The notes under the pieces: model-generated
Databases searched by the model: none
The model's input: the letters and a program-made list of their open reading frames with translations, nothing else
What the model was told of the DNA's origin: nothing
Translations under genes and position numbers: made by a program
Shown here: in pieces, positions 40,750 to 55,500 of the stretch
How positions within the stretch are numbered: the first letter of the stretch is position 1
Layout of the letters: every line of letters starts with the position of its first letter
NCBI RefSeq assembly: GCF_009914755.1
Contig: NC_060944.1
Strand: one strand, 5' to 3'
Source of the DNA: the human T2T-CHM13v2.0 reference genome, Homo sapiens
DNA length: 64,000 nucleotides

Positions 40750-41015
40750 CTGTGTCTGTGAGTGTGTGGGCGTGTGTGGGTGTGGGAGAGTGCATGTAGG
40801 AGTGAGCATGTGTGTGAGTGTACATATAAGTGTGTCTATGTGTGTGCATATGAGTGTGTCTGTGTGTGTATGTACGAGTGTACATATGTGCGTGGGCATG
40901 TGTTTGTACACATGTGCATGTGTGTATATGTATGATGAGCAAATGGATGCATGAGTGTGTGTGGGCATGTGTATCTGTGTGTGTATATGTGTAAGCATGT
41001 TAGTTTGCATGCACA
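40750..41015. repeat. Degenerate (TG)n repeat, paralog of 7010-7515
   Basis: Read directly. Confidence 0.9.
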
Positions 41016-42469
41016 GGTGTCCAGGTCCCACATGGGATGAAAATTGAATAGCTCTAAAGATCTACTGGACACATTTCAGATCCTAACAGAGCTCTTAAGC
41101 TTGAAAGGGTCACTGAATGCACAATGAGTGTTTCTGAGTCCAGGTGGCACTGACTCAGCAATGCAGGAAAGCAGCTCCTGGAGTTCCAGGAATGACCCCC
41201 ACTTTCTCTCCCTCCCAGTCACAGACCCCTCCCCACGTCCCTTCCTCTCCCTCTGTTTGCCTTCTGTGCCTCTCCCTTTCCCAGTCTCATTTCTTGCATG
41301 TTCATCACTTCTTCGTCCTGCAGTTCAATTCCCCTCCACCCCTCAGCATGGACTGTGGGATGAGAGAGCCACAGCCTTATCCCTGACGTAACCAAAACTC
41401 TTGGCACCAGCTTAGACCTGTTTCTCAGTCTTATAAACGGTCTCAAATCAGGGAAATGTAAGGTTCTGAGGAAAATGATCACAACTAGGTGATTCCCCTC
41501 TGTGTTACCGTAAGGCGGTGAGACAGAGATTCTCTAATGTTTTTAGTGCAACCCACCGTAAGAAACCCATTGCAAACTGCCACCCAGCACACACACGCAC
41601 ATCCATTTATACAGAAACGCAGCACGTTTCCCCAAACGGCACTCACCCTCGCTGCACACAACGCACTCTGATGCCTCCTGACCTAGTCTATTCTGGTCTA
41701 TTGCAGATTTTCAATGCCGGGCTTGACACTCTAAATTGATTTCAAGACCCACTAATGCATCACAGCCTGTGACTTGATAAACTCCACGCTAAGACACATC
41801 CCGTTGTGAGGTGTTCGACCCAAAGGCCATTTATCCTGCAGTGAGCAGGGGGACAGGATTCACCCTGAGGCGCGCCTCCTCCTTCTCAGTCAGGCAGGGA
41901 GGAGGGGGCTCTGTGCCATGGGACCTGCAGAGGTCCTGGTCTCAGGGTTAGTGCCCTGTGGCTGCTGTGTGTCCAGCAGCTGGCAGGGCAGGAAGATTGG
42001 GGGTGGGGGTGTCACTCCCACAGGCACACAGCACCCGGCAGAACCCTGGCCTGAAGCTGCTTAGGCCTGTGGCCTCTTGAGCCCACCTGGGAGCAGGCCC
42101 TGGGGGACAGCTGTTGGGGGCAGGGACTCCCAATGCACGGAACAGGCCATGAGCTGGGCAAGCTGCTCCTTCCCATAACCTCAGACCCTTCTTCTCACCC
42201 ACCTAGGACCAGCTCCTGGGAGCTTGCGGACAATCCTGGGCCCAGAGAAGCAGGCAGATGCGGCTGTTGGTAGCACTAATATGGGTTGTGAATATCATCC
42301 TGTGGTTATTACTTTACTTAAGTTACACGCCAGTACACTCGATCCTGCACGTGTCCCCTCACTTCACGCTCATGGGGTTTGCACGATGGGAGGAGCGCTC
42401 CCAGCAGGTGATGAGGGTGATAAATGGCACTGGACATTCCTGGAGCACCTGTTGGCACCCAGGGCGGGG

Positions 42470-42760
42470 CTTAGTGCTCCATTTGAGTCTGGAGTCTTTA
42501 CTCTGCCATAGCAGCTGTGTGACCCCCGGTAAGCGGTTTAACCTTTCTGTGCCTCTTCTTTCTCAACTCTAAAGGTGGATAATAAAGTCCCTGCCCTCAA
42601 GCAATCAAAGGTGTGTTAGAAGGGCTTGGCACATGGCAGGCAGACAGTATACATGGTTGGGATTAACCCCACTATACAGATGAGGAAACTGAGGCTCAGA
42701 GGCACTGGCCTGGCAGGCAGTGGGACCTGCACCCAGGCTCGTCTGACACTGAGCTCTTTG
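42470..42760. mobile_element. Two MIR fragments in opposite orientation
   Basis: gctgtgtgacccc..taagcggtttaacctttctgtgcctc, then acagatgaggaaactgaggctcagag. Confidence 0.7.
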
Positions 42761-43849
42761 GCCTCCCTCCTTTACTGCTGCCTTCAGAAGAGACAGAGGA
42801 GAGGGCCACCCCCTCACACGCACACAGGGGCTGACCATCCAAGGACCCCAATCACCTGGCTGCGAGCAGCCCTGCTCCCACGGGGACACTGACCGCTCCG
42901 AGTGCCCGGCATTCAGGCCTCGAGCCACCCACTCTGCACTGCACGGGGCCTCCTTGGAACGCGTCCCTCCCCAGGGGCCGTTTCTCTGTGGGATGGCGCT
43001 GCTCTGTGGGGAGGACCCCACCTCCCTCCTTCATGACGACCTGCCCTTACCTGGCTCGTCTCTTGGCAGACGCTGTCCCACGCATCTCTGTCATTTGCAT
43101 GCCACCGTGGTGACAGTCTTCCTGGCCACGGGTGTGACAGGGCCTTTTAGTTTCTGACTGACACAGTCACAGCCCCATTTCACCTGATTCCACTTACAAA
43201 GGCAGGTTTCCCTTCCCAGCCTCACATGGAGGTGGTCTCCGTGGAGTTCAAGAGGATGTGGGCTGGGAGGAGGGGCAGCAAAGAACCCCAGCCCACCCCA
43301 AGCAGGAGGTGGCAGAGTCCATCCGGCCGTCTGGAGATAGCCGAGACCCTTGGCCACTGCAGTTCCCCCCACTGAGCCTGCCCCCATCCCCACTCCACAC
43401 TGGAACAGATGCTGGAGGGGCAAACCCCAAATACCCTCCCTAACCAGAAACCAAACTACCGAAATCCACCAGATCCCAGCCCACCGTGGCCAGATAGTCT
43501 GACTTTCCAACGAAGTCGAAAATACAGATTTTTAGAATTAAAATGCAAATGTTGGCAACTAGTTCAAATTAATTTTTTTTTTTCATGGAGGCTTTCTGGT
43601 GAAAACCTGACCCCACCTGGGAGCAGGCCCCGGGGGGAAAAGCTGTGGGAGATAGGAACCCCCCCACCAAGTGCAAAGAACAGGCCACGAGCTGGGCACA
43701 GATGCCTCTTCCCCAGCCTACCTGGGAGTGACAACCGGAAAACGTGCTAGACAAATTCTGAAAGAGCTGTAACACCTTACATTATTTTAAAAGTCCCCAG
43801 GTTGAGTTAATCCCAGACCCTTTACAGCTTTTTCCTTCTGATTGGTGAG

Positions 43850-44140
43850 GCCTCAGCTCAAATGTCACCTCCTCAGAGAAGCCCTCCCCCTTGGCCCTAT
43901 TTAAGTAGCCCCCACCAGAGCCTCAGTCAGCGACACGCACCCTTCATTTCCTTCTTGGCGCTGACCCCTACCTGCAAGTGCCTCGTCATTTGCGGTTGGC
44001 ATCTGCACTGTCCGTCTCCACCAGCACTTAGGCTCCGTGAGGACAGACGCACGTCGCCTTGTGCCCTGGTGAATCCCAAATCCCTGCCCTGAGCGCAGTG
44101 CCTGGCACAGAACAGACACAGGCAATGAGTGCTGCTGAAA
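43850..44140 (+). mobile_element. L2 LINE 3' fragment
   Basis: ctcagctcaaatgtcacctcctcagagaagcc...gcagtgcctggcacag. Confidence 0.7.
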
Positions 44141-45345
44141 GTTCCCCATGGAGCCAGTGGTGATCTGTCCAGGCTCTACAGCCCTCCCGCTAAACGTGTT
44201 CAGAGACGGGGACGCTGGGGCCATCCTCCTTGCTCCACTCCTGGTGAAGAGCCCTCAGACCCATAAGATGGGCTTGTCCATATCACCTTCTCAGGTGAGC
44301 CTCATACATAAGCAGGTTCAGTGGGTTAACCAAGCCTACATCTTTAACCCACGTGATAACCACAGTACCAGGTTTCTGCCATCAAATCTTTTCTATCCTC
44401 AGTCCTGCCTTGGGAATTCAGACTCACCCAGAATTCAGAGTTTCACAGACTCAGAAGAGAATGTGATGCTAGATTGTTCTGAAATGTTTGGTTTTAAAGC
44501 AAGATCAAATGATTACATTTGTGATCTGAAATCATTTGATTGTATCAAGCCATATCCCCTTCCAAATTATTTTCTTTAAATTCTCCCCAGAACGGGGAAC
44601 AGTATTAATTGTTTCCAATGAAAAGACTGCCCCTTTCATCAAAGCCATGAGCTTTATCTGCTGTTTTTGAATATAACGCTGACTTAGTAAAAGTGATTGT
44701 AAATAGCAGGTCTTCTTTGTGCATTTTGTGCTTCCAAATGTGCTAGTTGGAATAAAGAAGTGAAAAGTTTAAAAATCCTCTCTTGTAAATGTTTGGAAAT
44801 TGCACTAGAGTTATTTCTTGCTCTTTGAGGGGAGAGGTCACCCTGCAAATGTACAGTCACACCTGTTCGGCTCCCCCGGGTTTTGAATGTCACTAAACCC
44901 CCACTTCCCCCCACCTTGGCAGATCAGACTCTGTGAAGGACGCTCACTGTCTGTGCGACCTCACACCAGGTACAGGGACCAGGGGAAAGAGGCAAGTCTG
45001 GCTTGTGGGACAGTCCTGCAAGGCCACTTTTCTGGTAGGGAGGTGACACCTGCAAAGGAACCTCTCATTTCTCCCAGCTCCAGCCAGTTTCAACAACAGG
45101 TGGGGTTTTCTTTCCTCTCAATTATTATAGATTTCTTTTCTAATAATCAAAGTCATGATTCATTTTGAAAGTTTTTAAAAATAGAAGAAAACAAGATTTT
45201 AAATCACGCGTGATTGATTCCAACACCAAAGATAAGCAGTATTCGCATTTTGCTATGGAGTGCTCCTGTTAGACATACACACACATATGATCACACTTAC
45301 ACACTTATGCATTTTTGCTTCATTAAAATAGAATAAAGCTTTATG

Positions 45346-45645
45346 GGCCAGGTGCAGTGGTTCATGCCTGTAATCACAGCATTTTGGCAGCCAAGACAGG
45401 CGGATCACTGAAGGTCAGGAGTTTGAGACCAGCTTGGACAACATGGTGAAACCCCAGCTCTACTAAAAATACAAAAAATAGCTGGATGTGGTGCATGTGC
45501 CTGTAATCTCAGCTACTCGGAAGGCTGAGGCAGGAGAATTGTTTGAACCCAGGAGGCGGAGGGTGCAGTGAGCCGAGATCTCACCATTGCACTCCAGCCT
45601 GCATAACAGAGTGAGACTCTGTCTCAAAAAAAAAAAAAAAAGAAG
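45346..45645 (+). mobile_element. AluS
   Basis: Full-length Alu with poly-A and TSD of about aagcttt/gagcttt. Confidence 0.95.
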
Positions 45646-45843
45646 AGCTTTGTTTACACTAAACAATATTTTGTGTCCATATTTACACATAGATAACAAC
45701 AGATCACTATCATTTTTGGTATGGGCATATGTAGATATAAGTATTACATGAATTTCCTACTTTTTATCCAGTTATGGTTATATCACCTATCAGTGATTTA
45801 ACTTCAGCCAAGACAGAAGTTTATCTCATAATAACCAAGACTG

Positions 45844-46161
<318 letters not shown>

Positions 46162-46335
46162 TCAGTCTAGGGTGGCGTTAGGGACTTTCATTTCCTTCCA
46201 GAGGACATTCTGCTATCCACAGGGTAGAAGCCTAATCCTCAAGGTTCAAGGTGACAAGAATAGCTCCAACCATCATACGCTTATTCCAGGAAGCAGGTCA
46301 AAGGATGGAACAACTAAGAAATGACATTAAAGATA

Positions 46336-46745
46336 TGTGTCAGTCCATCTGCGTTGCTATAAAGGAATACCTGAGGCTGGTTATTTATAGAAGAGAGGTT
46401 TAATTGGCTCACAGTTCTGCAGGCTGTACAAGCATGGCACCAGCATCTGCTCCTGGGGAGGCCTCAGGAAGCTTCCAATCATGGCAGAAGGTGAAAGGGA
46501 AGCAGGTACATCACATGGTGAGAGAAAGAGCAAGAGAGGGAGGAGGATGTGCCAACCCCTTTAAACAACCAGATCTCCCATAAACTCAGAGCAAGAATTC
46601 AGTCATTGCCATCGGGACGGCACCAAGCCATTGTCAAAGGGATCTGCCCACATCACCAAAACACCTCCCACCAGGCCCCACCTCCAACATCAGGGATCAC
46701 ATTTCAACATGAGATTTGGAGGGGACCAACATCCAAACCATAACA
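46336..46745 (-). mobile_element. MST (MSTA/B-like) MaLR solo LTR, specific to copy B
   Basis: tgtgtcagtccatctgcgttgctataaaggaatacctgaggctgg...catccaaaccataaca, with a 5-bp TSD agata/agaca. Confidence 0.92.
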
Positions 46746-48498
46746 AGACAGAAGTTATAGAAAGGGGTCTCCAAAAATACCACCCAACACTTTTATTGCC
46801 TCCCATTGGCCAGAACCTGGTCACATGGCCACAACTCACTGCAAGGAAGCCTGGGAAAATGTAGCCTGTGCCCACCCACCAGGAGAGGGGAGCACTTTTG
46901 CCAGGGTGCGGGACCACCAGCGGGCATTTATGCTTCCTACTTCTTTCTTCTTATAAAAATCCTTGAGATTCATCTTTGCATGTTTTTCTGACTATTTCCT
47001 AGGGATCAATGCCTATAAATGAAATTTGGGACCAAAAGTTACGCACTTTCATTGGCCAGTTGCAAAATTGCCCTCTAGAAAAGTTGTACCAACGAACTCA
47101 CCCAAGAGGTGGGGTTCTATTTCATGAAATGTTTCTCCACCCCACATTTCCTTTTAATCCACACCCTTTGGCCTTTATTAGGCTTAGACATCTCTTCAGA
47201 ATCCCTGCTTCCTACAACATAATCTTGGGATTTAATACATGTTTTTCATTCAGGTTATTATTAATATCAGATTTATCTAACTATGCGTGAACCCAGCCAC
47301 AGCCTTAGGGAAAGAGATGTATCTTTCAGTGCTGAAGAGAATAAAAATTAATAATCATCAGAGACTTTGAAACTGAAGTGGGCAGGGCAGGGTGGAAAGA
47401 ACAGATCTCATTCTACGAAGTGCATGGAGGGATATTCACAGAGCATGTAGTGCTGAGTACAGCGGCCCAGGCACCTGGGGACACCCAGAGAGCAGCCTTT
47501 CCTCAACAGAAAAGGAGTGAGCACCACAGAGAGCTGCAGAAAGGGAATCCCAGACAGGGGTAACAGTAGATGCAAAGGCCCCATGGCAGGCACCAACTCA
47601 TACAGGTTTGCCCAGAACTTTCCCAGTTTTAACACTAGAAATCCCATGTCCTAGAAAACTTCTGAGTCTCAGCCAAGCTGGGATGATTTGCCTGGAACTG
47701 CCCCTGTTATAAAACTGAGAGGTCTGTGCCCCACGACCCCCCTCAGTCCTGAGCAAGCTGAGACAGTGGATTGCCCTAGACTGGAGCAACGTGCATGACG
47801 GTGGGAAGAGCCAGTGACTCTCTTTCATGTCCTCTCTCCCCTCAACCTCAGGAGTCACCCAGGTGGGCACTGACATCCAGGATGAAAACTTCCCAGCATC
47901 CCTTGCAGCAAGCAGTGGCCACGTGACCAGGCAGTGGCCAATGCACATGAGGCCAGTGCACAGCAACTGCCATTAGAGGAAGGAAGATTTGTGTCCTCTT
48001 GTTCTCTTCTCCCCTCCCTGCTGGCTGGCAGTAGATAGGATGGACACTGTGGGGGAAGCTACACCCTAAGGAAGTCAAAGCAGCAAGATGGAAGTACCCT
48101 AAGACCCTGAAAAATGCACAGAGAAGAATCACCTGACTGGCTTGAACTTTCATGTGAAAGGAATGAACCTCTGTCTTAGTAAAGCCACCGTGATTCAGGG
48201 TCCTTGTCACATTCACTGAGGCTGTAACATAATTGTTAGAAAGAACAGGAGCGGGAGGGGGGATGGAGTCGGAGAGGCAGGCAGAGGTCAGATCACATGG
48301 GGCCTGTAGGCCAAGGCGGAGGAAGAAACAGGCAACATAGGACTCAAGGACCACACCTGCTCCCAGGCAAAGGGAGTTTGCTGTGGGTGCCCCTCCCTGT
48401 CTGTGTGTCCAGTGTGTGGCTATTATTTATACCTTGCCCATATTGTACAAATACTTTTTTCTATTCAATATTTAGAAGACATTACATTAAATAGCAAG

Positions 48499-48769
48499 AT
48501 GGCAGATGAACATCAGGAAGGAACATTAGGAACATCCACAGTGTTCCATCCAGGAACCTTCACCGTGGAAACCCTTGTGCTCATGGGCGTGGTCTCAAGA
48601 CACAGTCAGCTGTTGGGGATCAGAGGCCACACTCATCGTAGCAGAGAGGCAGGACCAACTGGGAGAGGGTCCTTCTGTGACACCTACTGCATCACCGGGC
48701 TGTGTGAAGTGACTCAGCTGCCAGAACTCACACAATATCATTCTACACCAAAACCTCATGGGAAAAATG
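48499..48769 (+). other. Exon-like ATG-to-splice-donor segment, copy B
   Basis: Paralog of 20686-20950 with two 3-bp indels and the same gtaagt donor. Confidence 0.3.
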
Positions 48770-49194
48770 GTAAGTTCTCAGTTTCTCCATTAATAGCAAC
48801 TCTCAGATTAATCTCTCCTCCATCACTTCTCCATGGAACAACTTTTTATAGCTTTCCTTGGGTCTATTTTTCCATTTATTTTTTGTTTTACTAACTGATG
48901 GAAAGATATATATTGTATGTGTGTGATTTTGTCTCTGTCAGCCAGGATAATCATAGTTTAATTCTTATTATTTTTATTACCAACATCCTTTCGTTTTTTT
49001 AAGCTTTTCAATTCCTAAGGGTATTAATCAAGATCTTTCTGTCTCATGAGACACAGAAAACAAATCCAAACTGTGTAAGAGGAAAAAGAATGCACTCATC
49101 ACTAGCATTGAGAAGTTCCCAAGTTTAGCTTGCTTGGGGTACAGCTACATCTACCATTTCCAGGGTCATCCTGTAACTCTCTCTACTTCCCCAA

Positions 49195-52100
49195 CTTTGG
49201 CTCCATGTTTAGCTCCACGACCCTCAGGCTTAAACAGCAGTACTGGCCCCTCCCCAGATCTCCAGCTCCCTGACCCTCAAACTCCAACTGCAGCACCAGC
49301 TCCGCCCCGGGTCTCCAGCTCCACAATCCTCAAACTACAACAGCAGCACCAGCTCCCCTGTGGATCTCCAGCTCAATGACTCTCAGACTTGGGAGGCGGC
49401 ACCGGCTCCCCACCAAGCCTCCAGCTCCACAACCTTCAAACTAGAACAGCAGCACCGGCTACCCCCTGGGTCTCCAGCTCCCTCAAAATTCAACTATAGC
49501 ACTGGCTCTTCCCCGAGCCACCAGCTCCACAACCCTCAACTTACACAGTGGTAGCACCAGCTCCTCCCTAGGTCTCCAGCTACACGACCGTCAAACTTGA
49601 ACTGCAACACCAGCTCCTCTTCGGCCTCCAGCTCCACAATCCTCCAACAACAACAGCAACACCGGCTCCTCCCTGAATCTCCAGCGCAACAACCCTCAGA
49701 CTTGAGAGGTAGCACCGACACCTTCCCCAAGGCTCCAGCTCCATGACCCTCAGATTTGAACAGCGGTAGCACCAGCTCCTGTCCAGGTCTCCAGCTTCAT
49801 GATCCTTAAACTAGAACAGCAGCACTGCCGCCTCCCTGGGTTTCCAGCTCCATGACCCTAAGACATGAATGAAAGAACTGGGTCACCCCAGGGCTCCAAC
49901 TCCAAGACCCACAGATTTGAACGGCAGCACCGGCTCTTCCTGGGATCTGCAGCTCCACAGCCTTCAAACTAGATCAGCAGCACCGGCTCCTCCCTGGGTC
50001 TCCAGCTACACAATCCTCAGACATGAACAATAGCACCGGCTCCTCCCTGGGTCTCCAGCTTCACTACCCTCAGACTAGAACAGCAACACTGGTTCCTCCC
50101 TGGGTCTCCAGCTCTACAATCCTCAGACATAAACAGCAGCACCACCGGCTCCTACCCTTGTCTCCACTTCCACGACCCTCAAACTACAACAGCAGTACCG
50201 GCCTCTCCCCAGGTCTCCACATCCATGACCCTCAAAATAGAATGGCATCATCGGATCCCTCCTGGGTCTCCAGCTCCCAAACCCTCAAACTTCAATTGAC
50301 ACACCGGATCCTCCCCACAGTTAAACAGCAGCACAGGCTGTTCCCAAAAGCTCCAGATCCATGATCCTCTGACTTAAATGGCGGTAGCACCGGCTCCTCC
50401 CCAGGTCTCCAGTTCCACAACCCTCAAACTACACAGCAGCACCGGCTCCTCCCCAGGTCCACAGCTCCACCACCCTCATACTAGACACCAAGACTACCTC
50501 CTCCCTGCTCTCCAGCTACACGACCCTCAGTCTTGAACAGCAGCAGCTCCTCTCTGTACCTCAAGCCCCACGACCCTCAGACTTGAACAAGAACAACACC
50601 ATCTCCCCCCAGGGCTCCAGCTCGGGGACCTACAGATTTAAACAGCAGCACCGGCTCTTCCTGTGATCTCCAGCTCCACTAACCTCAAACTAGAATAGCA
50701 GCACCGGCTCCTCTTTGGGTCTCCAGCTTCACTACTGTCAGGCTGGAACAGCAACACCGGTTCCTCCCTGGGTCTCCAGCTCAACGACTCTCAGATTTGA
50801 AAGGCAGCACCGGCTCCTCACAAAGTTTCTGGCTCCAAGGCCCTCAAACTAGAATAGCAGCAGCTGCTGCATCTTGGGTCTCCAGCTCCACAACCCTCAA
50901 AGTAGAAAAGCAGCCCTGGCTCCTCCCTGCCTCTCCAGCTCCTCAAGTCTGAGTGTTGTAGAGCTGGAGACGCAGGGAGGAGTCAGTGCTGCTGTTCTAG
51001 TTTGAGGGTCGTGGATCTGGAGACCCAGGGTGGAGCCGGTGCTGCTGTTCTAGTTTGAGGGTCATGGAGCTGGAAGACCCCGGGAGGAGCTGCTGCTGCT
51101 GTTCTAGTGTGAGGGTCATGGAGCTGGAGACCCGGGAAGGAGTCATTTGAACAGCAGCACTGGCCCCTCCCCAGGTCTCAGGCTCCACGACCCTCAGACT
51201 TAAAAAGCCGTAGTACGGGCTTCTCCCTGGGTCTCCAGCTCTACAACCCTCAGACATGAACAGCAGCACCGGCTCCTCCCCCTGTCTCCCGTTCCATGAC
51301 CCTCAAACTACAACAGCAGTACCAGCCTCTACCCAGGTCTCCAGATCCACGACCCTCAAAATAGAATGGCATCACCAGCTCCTCCCTGGGTCTCCAGCTC
51401 CCAAACCCTCAAACTTCAACTGACACAGCAGATCCTCCCCACAGTTAAACAGCAGCATGGGCTGTTCCCCAAAACTCCAGATCCCTCTGACTTAAATGGC
51501 GGTAGCACCAGCTCCTCCCCAGGTCTCCAGTTCCATGACCCTCAAACTACAACAGCAACACAGGCTCCTCCCTGAATCTCCAGCTCAACAACTCTCAGAC
51601 TTGAGAGGCAGCACCGGCAACTCCCCAAGGCTCCAGCTCCACCACCCTCAGATTTGAACAACCGTAGCACGACCTCCTGACCAGGTCTCCAGCTTCATGA
51701 TCCTTAAACTAGAACAGCAGCACCGCTGCCTCCCTGGGTTTCCAGCTCCACGACCTTAAGACACGAATGGCAGAACTGGCTCCCCACCAGGGTTCCAGCT
51801 TCGGGACCTATAGATTTAAATGACAGCACCGGCTCTTCCCAGGATCTCCAGCTCCACTCCCCTCAAACTAGAACAGCAGCATCAGCTCCTCCCTGGCTCT
51901 CCAGCTCCCAAACCCTCAAACTTCAACTGACACACAGGATCCTCCCCACAGTTAAACAGCAGCATGGGCTGTTCCCCAAAACTCCAGATCCACAACCTTC
52001 TGACTTAAATGGCGGTAGCACTGGTTCCTCCCTAGATCTCCAGTTCCATGATCCTCAAATTACACAGCAGCACTGGCTCCTCCACAGGTCTCCAGCTCCA

Positions 52101-52530
52101 CCACCATCACACTAGACACCAAGACTACCTCTGCCCCTCTCTCCAGCTACACGACCCTCAGACTTGAACACCAGCAGCAGCTCCTTCCTGTACCTCAAGC
52201 CCCATGACCTCGGATTTGAACAACAACAACACCAGCTCCTGCCTAGGGCTCCAGCTGCAGAACCCACAGATGTAAACGATGGCACCGGCTCTTCCCAGGA
52301 TCTCCAGCGCCACTACCCTCAAACTAAAACAGCAGCACCAGCTCCTTTCTGGTTCTCCAGTTCCATAACACTCAGGCATGAACAGCAGCACCCACTCCTC
52401 CTTCCGGCTCAAGATTCACTACCCTCAGACTAGTACAGCAAAACCGGTTCCTCCCTGGATCTCCAGCTAAATGACTCTCAGACTGGAAAGGCAGCACCAG
52501 CTCCTCCGTGGATCTCCGGCTCCACGACAC
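49195..52530 (+). repeat. SATR-like satellite array B, old degenerate ~53-bp layer
   Basis: Same monomer as array A with many substitutions. It has internal re-duplications, e.g. cctccccacagttaaacagcagca near 50310, 51434 and 51941. Confidence 0.85.
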
Positions 52531-55500
52531 TCAAAACAACACGGCTCCTCCCTGGGTCTGTACCTCCATGACCCTCAAACTACAACAACACTGCTCCTCC
52601 CTGGCTCTGCAGCTCCACCACCCTCAAACTAGAACAAGACTTCTCCTCCCCAGGGTGCCAGCTACCGAACCCTCAAATTACAACAACATTGCTCCTCCCT
52701 GGGTCTGTAGCTCCAGGACCCTCAGACCAGAACAAGACCTCTCCTCCCTGAGTCTCCAGCTTCCGGACCCTTGAATTACAACAACATTGCTCCTGCCTGG
52801 GTCTGCATCTCCACAACCCTCAAATTAAAACAAGATCTCTCCTCCCTGGGTCACCAGCTTCGTGACCCTCGAACTAAAACAACAATGCTCCTGCCTGGGT
52901 CTGCAGCTCCACGACCCTGAAACTAGAACAAGACTTCTCCACCCTGAGTCACCAGCTTCCTAACCCACGAACTACAGCAACATTGCTCCTGCCTGGGTCT
53001 GCAGCTCCATGAACATCAAACTAGAACAAGACTTCTCCTCCCTGGGTCGCCAGCCTTCTGACACTCAAACTAAAACAACAGTGCTCCTGCCTGGGTCTGC
53101 AGCTCCATGACCCTCAAACGAAAACAAGACCTCTCCTCCCTGGGTCGCCAGCTTCCTCACCCTCAAACTACAACCAAATGGCTCCTCCCTGGTTCGGAAG
53201 CTCCACGACCCTGAAATTCGAACAAGACTTCTCTTCCCCCGGTTGCCAGTTACCGGAACCTTGAATTATACCAAAATTGCTCCTCCGTGGGTCTGCAGCT
53301 CCACGACCCTCAGACCAGAACAAGACCTCGCCTCCCCTGGGTCGCCAGCTTCCTGACCCTCGAATTACAACCAAATTGCTCCTCCCTGGGTCGACAGCTC
53401 CACGACCCTCAAACTCGAACAAGACTTCTCCTCCCCGGGTTGCCTGCTACCGGACCCTTGAATTACAACAAAATTGCTCCTCCCTGGTCCGGCAGCTCCA
53501 CGATCTTCAAACTAGAACAAGACCTCTCCTCCCTGGGTCGCCAGTTTCCGGACCCACCAATTACAACCAAATTGCTCCTCCCTGGTTCGGCAGCTCCACA
53601 ACCCTCAAACTAGAACAAGACCTCTCCTCCCTGGGTCTCCAGCTTCCAGACCCTCGAATGACAACCAAATTGCTCCTCCCTGGGTCTGCAGCTCCACCAC
53701 CCTCAAACTAAAACAAGACCTCTCCTCCCTGGGTCACCAGCTTCCTGACCCTCGAACTACAACAAAATTGCTCCTCCCTGATCAGCAGCTCCAACAGCCT
53801 CAAACTCGAACAAGACTTCTCCTTCCCAGGTTGCCAGCTACCAGACCCTCGAATTACAACAACATTGCTCCTCCCTGGGTCTGCAGCTCCACGACCCTCA
53901 GACCAGAAGAAGACCTCTCCTCCCCTGGGTCGCCAGCTTCCTGACCCTCGAATTACAACCAAATTGCTCCTCCCTGGGTCGGCAGCTCCACGACCCTCAA
54001 ACTCCAACAACACTTCTCTTCCCTGGGTTGCCAGCTACCGGACCCTTGAATTACAACAAAATTGCTCCTCCCTGGGTCTGCAGCTCCACGACCCTCACAC
54101 CAGAACAAGACCTCTCCTCCCTGGGTCGCCAGCTTTCGGACCCTCCAATTACAACAACATTGCTCCTCTCTGGTTCGGCAGCTCCACGACCCTCAAACTA
54201 CAACAAGACCTCTCCTCCCTGGGTCTCCAGCTTCCAGACCCTCGAATTACAACAGAATTGCTCCTCCCTGGGTCTGCAGCTCTACGACCCTCAAACTAGA
54301 ACAAGACCTCTCCTCCCTGGGTCACCAGCTTCCGGACCCCAGAATTACAACAACATTGCTCCTGCCTGGGTCTGCAGTTCCACAACCCTCAAACTAAAAC
54401 AAGACCTCTCCTCCCTGGGTCGCCAGATTCCTGACGCACGAATTACAACAAAATTGCTCCTCCCTGGTCGGCACCTCCACGAGCCTCAAACTCGAACAAG
54501 ACTTCTCCTCCCCAGGTTGCCAGCTACCACACCCTCGAATTACAACAACATTGCTCCTCCCTGGGTATGTAGCTCCACGACCCTCAGACCAGAAGAAGAC
54601 ATCTCTTCCCTTGGTCACCAGCTTCCGGACCCCCCAATTACAACCAAATTGCGCCTCCCTGGTTCGGCAGCTCCACGACCCTCAAACTAGAACAAGACCT
54701 CTCCTCCCTGGGTAGCCAGCTTCCGGACCCTCGAATTACAACAGCATTGCTCCTCCCTAGTTCGGCAGCTCCACGACCCTCAAACTAGAACAAGACCTCT
54801 CCTCCCTGGGTCTCCAGCTTCCAGACCCTCGAATTACAACCAAATTGCTCCTCCCTGGGTCTGCAGCTCCACCACCCTCAAACTAAAAGAAGACCTCTCC
54901 TCCCTGGGTCACCAGCTTCCTGACCCTCGAACTACAACAAAATTGCTCCTCCCTGATCAGCAGCTCCACCAGCCTCAAACTCGAACAAGACTTCTCCTTC
55001 CCAGGTTGCCAGCTACCAGACCCTCGAATTACAACAATATTGCTCCTCCCTGGGTCTGCAGCTCCATGACCCTCAGACCAGAAGAAGACCTCTCCTCCCT
55101 GGGTCGCCAGCTTCCTGACCCTCGAATTACAACCAAATTGCTCCTCCCTGGGTCGGCAGCTCCACGACCCTCAAACTCGAACAAGACTTCTCCTACCCGG
55201 GTTGCCAGCTACCGGACCCTTGAATTACAACAAAATTGCTCCTCCCTGGGTCTGCAGCTCCACGACCCTCATACCAGAACAAGACCTCTCCTCCCTGCGT
55301 CGCCAGCTTCCTGACCCTCGAATTACAACCAAATTGCTCCTCCCTGGGTCGGCAGCTCTACGACCCTCAAACTAGAACAAGACCTCTCCTCCCTGGGTCG
55401 CCAGCTTCCGGACCCTTGAATTACAACAACATAGCTCCTGCCTGGGTCTGCAGTTCCGCAACCCTCAAACTAAAACAAGACCTCTCCTCCCTGGGACACC

